In this document: positions 13,156 through 25,440 of the stretch, piece after piece | Position numbering within the stretch: the first letter of the stretch is position 1 | How the letters are laid out: every line of letters starts with the position of its first letter | Assembly: GCA_046563655.1 (NCBI GenBank) | Contig: CM102284.1 | Span: 1,116,001-1,180,000, forward strand | DNA from: Yuukianura sp. NJ FZ-2021 | Taxonomy: Eukaryota | Direction of reading: 5' to 3' | Length of the DNA stretch: 64,000 nucleotides | Translations under genes and position numbers: made by a program | Notes under the pieces: generated by a model | Databases searched by the model: none | Seen by the model: the letters and a program-made list of their open reading frames with translations, nothing else | Told to the model about the DNA's origin: nothing

Positions 13156-13342
13156 AATTTCCAATTCGACCATGAAATGCGTTGAGAGTGTTCAAAATCT
13201 TTGGCTATTTTTTGAAATTCGGACTATAGTTGGTAATTATCTATTGGGTTTATGAAAATTTAAAATAAAAGGGAACAAACCGCTGCATTATTCATTTCGT
13301 CCTAAATTCATAAATGTATTAAGTAATATTACATGGTAATAA

Positions 13343-13480
13343 TCGTTCTGCACAGAAGTAGTTCCTGAGTTTTGAAAATACCGCCAAGGAAACTCCTTTT
13401 GTCCGAGAAAGTTTCCTTGGCGCCTTTTCAGAACTCGCGTTCATAAGTTAGTTCGCGAGTCGCGAACTACTTATGAACGA
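13343..13480. repeat. Nested hairpins / degenerate mini-foldback
   Basis: Inverted repeat CGCCAAGGAAACT...AGTTTCCTTGGCG within 13367-13436, followed by the near-perfect hairpin CGTTCATAAGT(T)AGTTCGCGA-G-TCGCGAACTACTTATGAACG (13438-13479). Confidence 0.7.
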
Positions 13481-13585
13481 TACATGTTTCACATATTACA
13501 TGTATTACATATCACATGTATTGCATCATATTACATTCATTACATACTACATGTAATATATATGAAGAATGCATCACATTTGCTT

Positions 13586-16124
13586 CTATAGTTCTGTTTT
13601 GTAGGATTTGCAACTTGCGGAAGCATCAAGTAGGGCGTACATTTCATCCCAAAATTCAATTCTGCTTTTCAGTAAATTTGTCTCAATCTTTTGTTCTCTG
13701 TTTTCGAAATACATCCAATCGATTACTTTCGAACTTAATTCTTCTGCACCAACCGGTTTCCACTCCTTAGTCTCTTGGTTACTGTTTGGGTTTCTTAAAA
13801 AAAATTTGAAATAGTGTAAGTGTGTCACATGTTCAAAGTTGCTGAAATTTGAAATTTACCCAAATTTTGCAAAATTTGTGTACACGAGAACCAAACTTCG
13901 CGAAGCGGCAAACGTGTCTGAGCCAGGCACAAACGTTGGATACCGAACATCCGTAAACACATATTGGAGGTCATCCGCATGTGCCATTCCTAAAATTTCA
14001 AAACAATTAAAAATTTTGAAAACTGAAATTTTTGAGGAATTTTGGGTACCAATACCTATACATTCTGTGTATCCAAGATCGAAAATTTGAGACCAGATTC
14101 CATCAAAAGACAAGATTGCGGCGTAGACGTCAATTCCATGACCCGCATGCGTCAAAATCAAATCTCTCGCGGAATACAAAAAAGCAGGATCCGTAAAGGC
14201 GTTGGTCAAATTTTGAAAAGTTTCGTCCGTTATGATTGGGTCGTTGTTGGAAAAGTAAAATTTCAAAATTTCCTCTGAAATTTTATTTTTGACTTCCTCT
14301 GTATACTTTGGATCGGAGTACATGAACATCGTTGGAGCTACTTCGTACCAGTTGTTGTTGATATATTGCTTCACTGCTTCATTTTTCATTATTGCTGTTT
14401 AAAAAAAATTTTAAAGTGAAACATTCAAACTTAGTTAGTTTTGTTTAAATTGTTTAAATTCTGAAAATGGAAACCTGCTGAACTTGAAAGTCCTTCGTCT
14501 GAATTTGTTGTGACGAGAAGCGGAACTTTTGCAAATTCCCCTTTTTCGTACAATGCACGCGGATCCGCCGGTAAAAACGGAGACAAAATTCCACTTGGTT
14601 CAACAATGGAAGTGAATTGAAGCGTCGAAAGCCCACTTTCCTTCAAAATTTATAAATTATTCCCGAAATTTTTCGAAATTTTAAAACCTATTTGAAAAAA
14701 TATGTGAAACAGCTACCTGTGGGGTCAATATTTCTTCAAGAGTTTTTGTTTTGAGGCAGGCTTTGATTTCTTCGCTGGAAGATGCTGGACAGTTCAAGTT
14801 TTGAGCAAATTGCAAAGCTGTTTCTGTTGCGTTTACGCCGAGAGTCCAGACGTTAAGTGAAGTTCCACTGCTAAGAATAGCACTGCGGAACAACCCACGT
14901 GACAGGGGCGACACAATGTGCAGTCCCACCGAAGCAGCACCAGCACTTTCTCCACATAAAGTAACTTCAAGTGGATTCCCGCCAAAATGCCCAATGTTAT
15001 TTTGAATCCATTTTAGCGCCAAAACTTGATCTTTCAAACCCAAGTTGGGAGGTAGCACTTCGTCTTCAGTGGTCAAGAACCCTAAAAAACAGTAAATGTA
15101 TACTCATTATACTAATCCACCATGGTAATCCCATGGTTATCTTCTTTCAGGTTTCGGATCGGTAACTATGGTTACTAATTGGTTACCACATGGTTACTAG
15201 TAACTGGTTAAGGGCTAGATAACCATGGTTACCGTGTAACCATAGTAACCGCTGACAAACTAATTTCTTGCTTACCGTAGGCAGCCAAGCGGTAGTTAAA
15301 GGTGACAAACACGACGTCTTCGTCCATCAAATACTCAGGCCCATTTTCATCCGAATTTCCAAACTGAAACCTAAATATAAAAAAAAATTTAAAAAAAAAA
15401 CGATTACTATGGAAATTTGAAAAAAAAAATTTACCCTCCGCCATGAATGAAAGCAAGAACTGAAAGGCCTTGTGCTGGTTTCAGCTTTAAAATAAAAAAA
15501 GCACAATTAATCTGAGGTATAATTTCTGAACCACAATTTAAAATGTCTAAAAAAATTTTTTCTTTGTTTGAAAATTTTCCAAAAAGTAAAGCTTCTGAAC
15601 ATTTTTGTTACATTTGGTGTGAAGACGTTAACAAACAAGCAATCTTCTGCTCCCACGATTTTTTGAATTCTCGGATCAAGTTGTGGACAAACGGAGCCAA
15701 ATTCTGAGACTTCCCGAATTCCTGTCCAGTTGGACGCTGGATGAGCCACCTACAGTTCCAAAAATTTCAAAAGCTTAGTTAAACAATTTGTTGAAAAATT
15801 GCAACATTTTGATACTAAAATTTGGTAATTTCAGAAAAAGTCATAATAAAATTCTACATTAGTAAACTTATTGACTTTTGATCTCAAACCAGCAAAATTT
15901 TTTGTAAAAATCTTGCAATTTGAGAAACTTACTTCAAATTTTTCCGGTTGATTGGCATACGGTATTCCCATAAATGCTGCATAAGATCTTCCAGAACGTG
16001 ATACTGAGTATATGCCCTCCAATTGACCATTGCCAATCGTCACGCGTGGTCCACTGCCACCTCCAGAACAATAACTAAGCCCAACAATCGAACAGAATAC
16101 ACACACAAACAACAAGTTGTACAT
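13586..16124 (-). CDS. Carboxyl/cholinesterase (type-B carboxylesterase), copy 1
   Basis: Signal peptide, [32 protein letters not shown], nucleophile GESAG, TTNSDEG, HADD; C-terminus KTEL. Confidence 0.93.
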
Positions 16125-16589
16125 TTTTTTTGAAAAAAAATTCACAAAAGCAGTTTGAGCTTTTTACTTTTTAATTTTTCTAGCACTAGAAATCTAATTA
16201 GCTAATGAGCACCCAGCTAATCTTTGATTGACTTCTCAAGTGACCACTCGACCACTAGATTTTTGGAAATACGTTTATCAGTTCTGGACACACAAAGTTG
16301 GTATTAGTTTTTGGAATTCATTCTATGACGTTAGAGTGTCATAGATAACACTAACTGCCTCAACAAAGTTCAATGAAATATACATTAAAATAATAATTTA
16401 ACTAATACAAAAAAATTAAATCGTCAAGTGGTTTAATAAAATTTAAAATTAAAGGATTCAAACCGCTGGTTAAAAAATTTTCAATTTTTAATTAATTCAT
16501 TTTATTGTGAATAATTAATAGATGCATTACATGTTACATAAAACACAATGTGATATTCTGTTTACTGTATCATTCAGCTAGACTTTCGT

Positions 16590-19093
16590 CTAAAGTTCTG
16601 TTTTGTTAGATTTGTTGCTTCCTGGAGCTGCAAGTAAGGCGTACATTTCATCCCAAAATTCAATTCTGTTTTTCACTAAATTTGTCTCAATCTTCTGTTC
16701 TCTGTTTTCGAAATACATCCAATCGATTACTTTCGAACTTAATTCTTCAGCACCAACCGGTTTCCACTCCTTAGTCTCTTGGTTACTGTTTGGGTTTCTA
16801 AAAAAACAAAATTTTGAAATAGTAGGTGTGTCACATTTTCAAAGTTGCTGAAATTTGAAATTTACCCAAATTTTACAAAATTTGTGTACACGAGAACCAA
16901 ACTCCGCGAAGCGGAAAACGTGTCAGAGCCAGGCTCAAACGTTGGATACCGAACATCGGTGAACACATATTGGGGATCATCGGCATGTGCCATTCCTAAA
17001 ATTTCAAAATTTTGAAAAAGTAAATTTTTGAAGTAATTTTGGGTGGCAGTACCTATACATTCTGTGTATCCGAAACCAAAAATTTGAGACCAGATTCCAT
17101 CAAACGACAAGATTGCGGCGTAGACGTCAATTCCATGACCCGCATGCGTCAAAATCAAATCTCGTGCGGAATACAAAAACGTTGGATCCGTAAAGGCGTT
17201 GGTTAAATTTTGAAAAGTTTCGTCCGTTATGATTGGGTCGTTGTTGGAAAAGTAAAATTTCAAAATTTCCTCTGAAATTTTATTTTTGACTTCCTCAGTG
17301 TATTTTGGGTCCGAGTAATGGAACAACGTTGGAGCCATTTCGTACCAGTGCTCGTTGATATATTGCTTCAATACTTCATTTTTCATGATTGCTGTTTCAA
17401 AAAAAAATGAAATTGAAAACTTGCAATTAAGGCAAAATATGTCAAAATTTTGAAAATATTTAACCTGCTGAGTGCATCGCAAGCCCTTCGTCTGAATTTG
17501 TTGTGACGAGAAGCGGAACTTTTGCAAACTCTCCTTTTTCATACAATTCACGCGGGTTCGCTGGTAAAAACGGAGACAAAATTTCACTTGGTTCAACAAT
17601 TCCGATGAACGGAAGTGACCAAAACCCAGTTTCCTTTCAAAATCAAAAACTTCTGTTGAAATTTTAAACTTTTCAAAAAATTGTGTGGAAAACGTACTTG
17701 TGGAGTCAACATTTCCTCAAAAGTTTTTGTTTTAAGGCACGCTTTGATTTCTTCACTGGAAGATGTTGGACAGTTCAAGTTTTGAGCAAATTGTACAGCT
17801 GTTTCTGTTGCGTTTACGCCGAGAGTCCAGACGTTGAGTGAAGTTCCACTGCTAAGAATAGCACTGCGGAACAACCCACGTGACAGGGGTGACACAATGT
17901 GCAGCCCCACCGAGGCAGCACCAGCACTTTCTCCAGATAAAGTAACTTCAAGTGGATTCCCGCCAAAATGCCCAATGTTATTTTGAATCCATTTTAGCGC
18001 CAAAACTTGATCTTTCAAACCCAAGTTGGGAGGTAGAACTTCGTCTTCAGTGGTCAAGAACCCTAAAAAACAGTAAACTGATTATACTAATCGACCATGG
18101 TAATCTTCTTTTAGGTTTCGGATCGGTAACTATGGTTACCAATTGGTTACCACATAGTTACTAGTAACTAGTTAAGAGCTATGGTTACCGTATCACCATA
18201 GTAACCGCTGACAAACTATTTTTTTTACCTACCGTAAGCAGCCAAGCGGTAGTTAAATGTGACAAACACAACGTTTTCGTCCATCAAATACTCAGGCCCA
18301 TTTTCGTCTGAATTTCCAAACTGTAATCTAAAATTTAAAAAAAAAAAGTGAAAAGAGATAACTATAAAAATTTGAAAAAAATTGGAAATTTAACCCTCCG
18401 CCGTGAATAAAAGCAAGAACTGGAAGTCCCTGTGTAGGATTTAACTGTTGAAAAAAAGAGTCTCAATTTGCAACACAGTTTAAAATAGGTAAACAAATTT
18501 TTTGAAACTTTTCAAATTCTTCGACAATTGTTTGAAAATTGGTCTAAAAAAAGTGAAGCTTAAGATTATTTTATTTACATTTGGCGTGAAGACGTTAACG
18601 AACAAGCAATCTTCTGCTCCTACGATTTTTTGAATTCGCGGATCAAGTTGCGGACAAACAGAGCCAAATTTTGAAACTTCCCGAATTCCTGTCCAGTTGG
18701 AAGCTGGATGAGCCATCTACAGTTTCAAAAATTTGTAAACTGTTAAAATAGTACAAAAATATGAAAACAAGCGGAAATTCTATATAAAATTCTGTAGTTT
18801 TATCAAAGTCTATTCTAAAATTCGGCATTATTAGTCAAATTCTTCACTTTTGACTTTAAACCAAGAAAGAAACTAGTAAAATTTTGAAATTTAAAAGTTA
18901 CCTCAAACTTTTCCGGTTGATTGGCATACGGTATTCCCATAAATGCTGCATAAGGTCTTCCGGAACGTGATTCTGCGTAGATGCCTTCCAATTGACCATT
19001 GCCAATTGTCACGCGTGGTCCACTGCTTCCTCCAGAACAGGAACTAAGCACAACAATCGAACAGAATGCCAAAACAAACAACAGGTTGTTCAT
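16590..19093 (-). CDS. Carboxyl/cholinesterase, tandem copy 2
   Basis: Same exon structure and catalytic triad motifs (GESAG, DEG, HADD) as copy 1; ends NKTEL*. Confidence 0.93.
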
Positions 19094-19316
19094 TCTTTCA
19101 AAAATAAAATTATGGAAGAATTTCGAAATTTTCACTTTTTAATGTAGCTTAACAATTAAAAACTAATTAGTCAATCAGCTTCAGCATCCAGCCACGGAAT
19201 GATTGTCTTTTCAAGTGGCCCAATAATTTTTTTGAAAATAAGTTTATCACTTTGGCCTTGTTTGGAAATAGACATAGCTGTTTGAAATTCATCCCATGAT
19301 GTTAGAGTGTCACAGA

Positions 19317-19695
19317 TAGGGGTCGCAAATTCGAACCGTTTTTGAAATTCGAATTTCGAATTCTAAAAAAAGGCCTCGAATATTCGAATTTCGAATTTAA
19401 AATTCGAATTTCGACTTTGAAACCTCAATTATAAGCGGAACGCCAGACATCGAAATAACATAGTAAGCAATACGATTTTCAACTGCCGTAGTATTGCACG
19501 CCTCGATAAATCGTTTTAGAGGACGTTGTGAACAATTTATGCATAAATTCTTTAAGTTTGTTGTGAAAATCAATATTTGCCCTAATTTTTGGGTCGGATT
19601 CGAATTCGAGGCTTAAAATTCGAATTTCGAATTTCCAAAAGAGAGCCGAATATTCGAATTCAAATTCGAATCCAAATTCGAATTTGCGACCCCTA
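19317..19695. mobile_element. hAT-type MITE, 379 bp
   Basis: TIRs TAGGGGTCGCAAATTCGAA...TTCGAATTTGCGACCCCTA, TTCGAA subterminal repeats, 8-bp TSD GTCACAGA (19309-19316, 19696-19703). Empty site in the paralogous upstream region near 16331-16350. Confidence 0.93.
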
Positions 19696-19827
19696 GTCAC
19701 AGATAACACCAACTTTCACTAAAAACACCAATGTTGAGTCGAAAAAGTTGAATAACATATGTATATTAAATTTGAAACAACAATATTGTTAACAGGATTA
19801 ATTTATTAATATGAATATATAAACATA

Positions 19828-22516
19828 TTAATACAATTTTCTGCTAATATTGCGAACGCAAAAAGAATTCTTTTCGTTAGAACTGCAAGTGATGCCAAAA
19901 GTCAAATTTTTCGCCACGTTGCCAAACTCCAATTTTTCAACTTTAAGAAAATCTTCAACTTTTTCACTGTAAAACAGAATTAAAAAATTAAGTAAATTTT
20001 TCACTAATAAAAATATTTCCAACTGAAAGTAAATTTTACGAGAATTTAGTGATGACGAGATTGGTCGCTTCCGGCGACAAAGCTTTTCCCAGCACTTGGC
20101 GTATTGCACACAAGTCATGCGTTACGCAAGAGAGCGGTAGTCTTCCAAGCTGCACAAGTGCTATTCCGTGCTATTGAAAAAATGAAGGTCAATGACCTTT
20201 AACATAAAATGAACACTAACAGGTCAATGACCTTATTGGCAAATTGGATACGAAAAGGTCAATGCCCTTCAGAACTTACCAAATTTGGAATAGTGCGAAG
20301 TAAAATTTTGTTGGTCCTTGATATTGCATTATCTTCACTCGAATCAGTTTTTGGTTCTGAGTAATGCCGCTTGTTCCGAAACGATCTCTTTCCTGAAATT
20401 ACGAAATTCTCGGTTTCCAAATTTCAAAATTTCAATTTAAAATTTCACTTTTTCCTGTATAATTTGATGTGCAACCAAGTGTAAAAAGGCCTATGGCAGC
20501 GGCGGTAGTGGTGGTTTCGGCTTCAGTGGTCGTTGTAGTTGTGGTTGTGAACAGATTGGCAATGGTGGTGAGGAGACTTTGCTAAGGTGACACATTTCAA
20601 AAAATTTGATGGTAAATTTTTATAAATTTTTGTTAAAAATTTGAAAAGCGCGCAGTTTGCGAATACACTTACCAGAATTGGCAACAGTGTAATTAGTCCG
20701 AGGAGGGCGAAGCCTTTAGTGTTGAGCTTTATCAATTCTTTGTCTCCATAGGAATAATGATACATTTGTGACCCATATCCTAAATATATTTATTCTTTCT
20801 TAGTTATACCGTGTGCGCCAGCGAAAAGAGTACACCCAAAATTTCAAAAACTTATTTATTTTCGATACCAAGGAAACTATGAGGGGAACATATTTCTGAT
20901 TCCAGCATTTCCAAGAAGTTTTCACCATTTATGTTTCCCTCAAAGAACAGCGGGCCAATAATGGTGTCACCAAATACACCAGCCCAAACGTTGATCTTCG
21001 GAGCATTTTGAGATTTGGACCCCCTCATCCATTGTGGATTTGAATCCGACCAATACCTAGTGCGATTATAATTTCATTTTAATTTGATTCGGAATCACAA
21101 GAATAGGTTAAGTGGAAATTGCAAACCGAAAGTTTTGATGGTTCATGCGTCCATTCAAAAAGAATGTGGCCTCATCAGTGAAGCAAATTTTTGACACCAA
21201 AGTGGCATCCTGCAGGCACATGTTCATAATTTGCTCACAAAATTCGATTCGTCTTTTCGGGTCATCGTCAGTTAAGGCGTGATGGAATTGCATGTTATAT
21301 GGATGAAACCTTTCGCGTTTCAGGATTCTTCGTACAGAAGTTGCTGAAATTCCTGACCTCTGTGCAATTCGTTGAGTCATGTGGATTTGCTGAAACATAT
21401 GCTAAAATGGATGCAGCGGTCATGTCATTGGTGGCTTTTTTGGTTCCGACTCTTTTGCGATTTTCTTGGCTGCCGTGTATCTCGTGTTTCTTCACAGCTC
21501 TCTAAATGGTAAAAATACTAGGAATTGGAAGATTTGGATGGACGGCACTGAAAACACTCTGGGCTTTTCTAAAACTAGACTGTTGATAGTAATAAGCTAC
21601 CATTTCTGCGCGATGCTGAGTCGTATACTGAGGCATTATGTAGAACGAAGCAGTTCCTAATTAAACGATAAACGTACCGAAAAAGGAATATCGACAGGCT
21701 AATAATTTCCTCTTTCTTGAAAAAAAAAGGAAACACGATTTTTACATATTTTGCTCTCTCGTTTTCTCCCCGCCCCCATTGTTTGCCCATTTTTAAAATT
21801 GTTTCCTTGGAAACTGAATTGAGGGTGTACTCTTTTCGCTGGCGCACACGGTATTATATACTTTATTTTATATAGTTCTATTATACTCGTAATTATATTA
21901 TATAATTTCTTATTTCTTAAGTTAGTATATTAATGCTGCGTTGGGCAAACAATTGAAACAAATTTAAAGAATAATTAAATATTTAACCTGGCTAATTGAA
22001 TATTTAAATATATTTAATTATTTAATTAGCAATTTAATTATTTAATTATTCTTTATTTGTTTTTGTTTGCCCAATGCATCAAAGAAGCAGTAAATTTAAA
22101 ACTTTACCATTGCCATGACTGCTGGATGAAACGTCTGCATGAGCAGTAGAGGGCAGCTCTGGTGCTCCTCCAAATTGGTCTGAAACATTTTATTGTGATT
22201 GTTTTAATATTATATTTATATAATTGATATTCTATTTTTATAATTACAATAAAAAATGATAATGAAATTTTGTACCCCGGTATGCTGGTGAATACGCGTA
22301 AGCACTAGGATGAACCATGGGGTAATATGAAGATCGTTTGTTGAGCGGCAGCGTCCAGGACTTGGAATCTGTGCCTTCCTGATTCTGGATCTGCGCATGC
22401 GTAGCCGTTGCATGTCGCCTTTCCCTAATGTAGCTCTGTATAACCCCTTTACCACATGACTCACAAAACAAAATCAGCAAAACCAAAAAATCAACAATCG
22501 CTGACTTTGATTGCAT
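19828..22516 (-). CDS. Signal-peptide protein with His/Tyr/Ser-rich region, hydrophobic segment, basic RxxRR site and Cys-containing C-terminus, copy 1 (DM4/DM12- or Osiris-like architecture)
   Basis: Exons are homologous to copy 2 (MQSKSAIVDFLVLLILFCESCG...; KGFALLGLITLLPIL; ...CVRNISRKLY*). The family assignment rests on architecture only. Confidence 0.7.
20809..21851 (-). mobile_element. Tc1/mariner-superfamily element (rosa/DUF4817-like), internally deleted, with pseudogenised transposase
   Basis: 29-bp perfect TIR CCGTGTGCGCCAGCGAAAAGAGTACACCC with TA TSDs. Transposase from ATG 21636 with HPY, FTDEATFFLNG..NHQNFR|YWSDSNP and KINVWAG motifs. It has a stop, a frameshift and lacks the C-terminal DD half. 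Lies in an intron of the host gene. Confidence 0.93.
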
Positions 22517-23208
22517 TTCCGAACTTTTGAAATTTTGGATTAACTTTGTGCAAATTGAAATTGGTAGGAGCACATCTCTTATGTACCTGCGGCCGTTTGG
22601 CATTAGTGACCCCGAACAAAAGAATGGAACTTAGCATTGTGCAGTTACAGTAGTTCAGTTCGCTCAACCAATCAACGATTGACAATTGATTGACGTCATG
22701 TAAGACAACAGTTTACTGTTTACTTAACTGTAGTACGCAAACAAATGTCAAATGCAAAATTCAATCAAAAGAAACAAGCCCAAATGAAAAAAAAAAGAAT
22801 CAACTCATGCTTAAAATTTTATTTGAAAAAAAAAAACTCAAATATGTAGGTAGCACAACAAATGTAAAATAAATTTGAAATTTACTGTTCTACTATTCAT
22901 ATTGCGTTAATCACTTTTCAAATCAGTAACTATGACGTCACAAACTGTATTCACGTCAGTACTACAACAATTGGGATGTTGAAAATTTCATTTGTAAAGA
23001 TATAAAAATTGAAATTTTGGACCAATGACAAATACATATTACATCTCAAACAATTATGACGAAATTTTCTTTTCAGATTCTGTTTTTCCTCCCCAAATTT
23101 CCATTCCTAACAATCAGTTAGTTTGTTAGTTACATAAAAAGTTAAAAAGTCAAATTAAAGTTACATAACTTATAAAGTTTGTATGATTTATAATTAATAT
23201 AGGTTTAA

Positions 23209-24840
23209 TTAATACAAATTTCTGCTTGAACTGTGAATGCAAAAGGAATTATTTTCATGAGAACTGCAAGTGGCCCCAAAAGTCAAATTTTCAACCAAGT
23301 TTGTGTACTCAATTTTTCGAATCTTCAAAAAATCTTCAACTTTTTCACTGTAAAAACAAATATTAAAAGAAGAATTGATATTTTTATGAATATCAAGAAA
23401 TAGTTTCTACTAAAAGAATAAATCTTACGTGAATTTTGTCATGACGTAGTTTGTTGCTTCCGGAGGCAAATCTGCCTCTAGTAGTTGGCGTATGACACAC
23501 AATTCATGTGTAACGCATGACAACGGAACTCTTCCTATCTGCGCAAGGGCAATTCCATGCTATTGAAAAAAATGGCAAGGTCACGCAGGTCAATGACCTC
23601 AATTTCAATTTAAAAGTATAATTCAGTGACCTTGAAAACTTACCACACTTGGTATTGTGCGAAGTAGAATTTTGTCGTTCCTTGCTAGGTCATCTTCACT
23701 CCAGTCAAATGTTGATTCCGAGTGGCGCCTGTTCCGTTCTCTTCCTAAAATTTCCAATTTGTAAGTTTTTCCAAAATTTGTTTATTATCAAAATTTTCAA
23801 ATTTTCAGACATTTGGTAACTAACCAGTAGAAGCGGCCGTGGTTGTTGTAGTGGTTGTGAACAGATTGACTATGCTGGTTAAAAGTGTTTGCTAAAATGA
23901 CGCAATCCAAAAATTTTAAATTTTAAATTGAAACGAGCGCGAAATTTTCTTTTAAGTTAATGCAGATGTACCAAAAATGGCAGTAATGTCAAAAAACCAA
24001 TCAGAGCGAAGCCTTTAGTATTAACTCTCATCAACTCTTTTCTTCCGTATGAATGGTGAGGCATTGGAGCAAGAAGGGCATCCATGTGAGACTCATATCC
24101 TAAAAGGAATTATAATAATATAAATATAATATTAAAATAAATTAAAATGTTTAATTAATATTTTATACATTTAATTAACATTTATTGTGGTATAGAACAT
24201 TCGGTAATAATAGCATAACAAAATAAATTTTAAAAAATTACCATTATTGTTATGTCCGCCGGAAGAAACGTGTGCGTGAGGAGACGAAGAAAATTCTGAT
24301 GCCCCACCACCTAAACAATTTGAACTTATTATATTATATAATTTCATGCATTTATAATATATTATAATAAAAAATGGTAATTGTGGCAAAAAAAAAAGGA
24401 ACATCTGCTTTCCAATTGTTACATCCTTCGGCATGTTACAGGATTGTCGCACGATAGCTCAATGGTTAGAGTGTTTCCGGAATAGAAAAGTTGTGGGTTC
24501 GAATCCCACGTCGATTACTTTTTCTACACTCTCGTTCTGTGTCTGTCAAGCCCTGTTAAGCCGTGAATATCACACAATGAAATTTGTTACCATGATAAGC
24601 TGATGAATACGCATAAGCACTAGGATGACCGACGGGGTAATCTGAGACTCGTTTGTTGAGTCCGTTGACTGGCGTAAACGAGCTTGAATCTGCGCTATTT
24701 TGATTCTGCATCTGCACATGCGCTCCCGTCGCATGTCTTCTATCCCTAGAATATCTCAGTCCAACTTTTTTACCACATGACTCACAAAACAAAATCAGAA
24801 AAACCAAAAAATCAACAATAATTGCTGCTTTTGGTTGCAT
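23209..24840 (-). CDS. Tandem copy 2 of the secreted/membrane Cys-domain protein
   Basis: Spliced: MQPKAAIIVDFLVFLILFCESCG...KGFALIGFLTLLPFL...RERNRRH...SCVTHELCVIR...TCSSHENNSFCIHSSSRNLY*. Confidence 0.72.
24448..24516 (+). pseudogene. tRNA-derived sequence (SINE head or tRNA pseudogene) in an intron
   Basis: A-box TAGCTCAATGGTTAGAG and T-arm/B-box GTGGG-TTCGAAT-CCCAC are present. The acceptor stem and anticodon arm are non-canonical, and the paralogous intron is shorter and lacks it. Confidence 0.65.
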
Positions 24841-25440
24841 TGCGTCAAAAATTTCCTATAACAGCCACTTGTAAATCCAAACTTAAAATGAAATTTGCAG
24901 AGTGAAATTTGTTGTAACATTCTTTACGTACCTGCCCTTGTGTTGCATTGTTAGCTGAGCACAAAAGAATCGCAGTGGACCCTGACATTGTCCAGTTATA
25001 AGATTCCTTAAGTGCCAATCAGCCAATCATTGGTTGGGAATTGACTGACGTCACATGAATGCAATCACATGACCTTACGTACACAAACAACAAGTAAGTT
25101 TTAACAACACTTTGAGAAATTTACTGTTTACTTTACTGCTGTACAACTTACAATTTGTAACTCAGAATTTCAAAATTATTACCAAATTGGTTTGTTTGTT
25201 ATCAAGTCCGTTTATGACGTAGACCAAATTTTGACAAAGGTTGAAGGTTGAGCGCTGCCATTCGAAGGCTCTTGTCAGAATTTCTCTATTTTTTTCTTCC
25301 TAACTTTTGTTGGCAAAGAGCATGAACAATTGCAAGTAAAGACATGAAAATGATTAAGCCATAACTTTCATAACTACTTCCTAATAAATTCTTTTAAAAA
25401 CGAGCTGCCACTGTTTGTACTTTTTAGGTTCGGGTTAGAT

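Noticed and set aside
11589-13173. Overlapping and antisense ORFs inside prolidase (and similar ones within calpain, GULLO and Wnt)
   Set aside because: These are shadow ORFs of real coding sequence with no recognisable motifs.
24448-24516. Functional tRNA gene
   Set aside because: The A and B boxes are present but the acceptor stem and anticodon loop do not form canonically. Treated as a SINE head or pseudogene.
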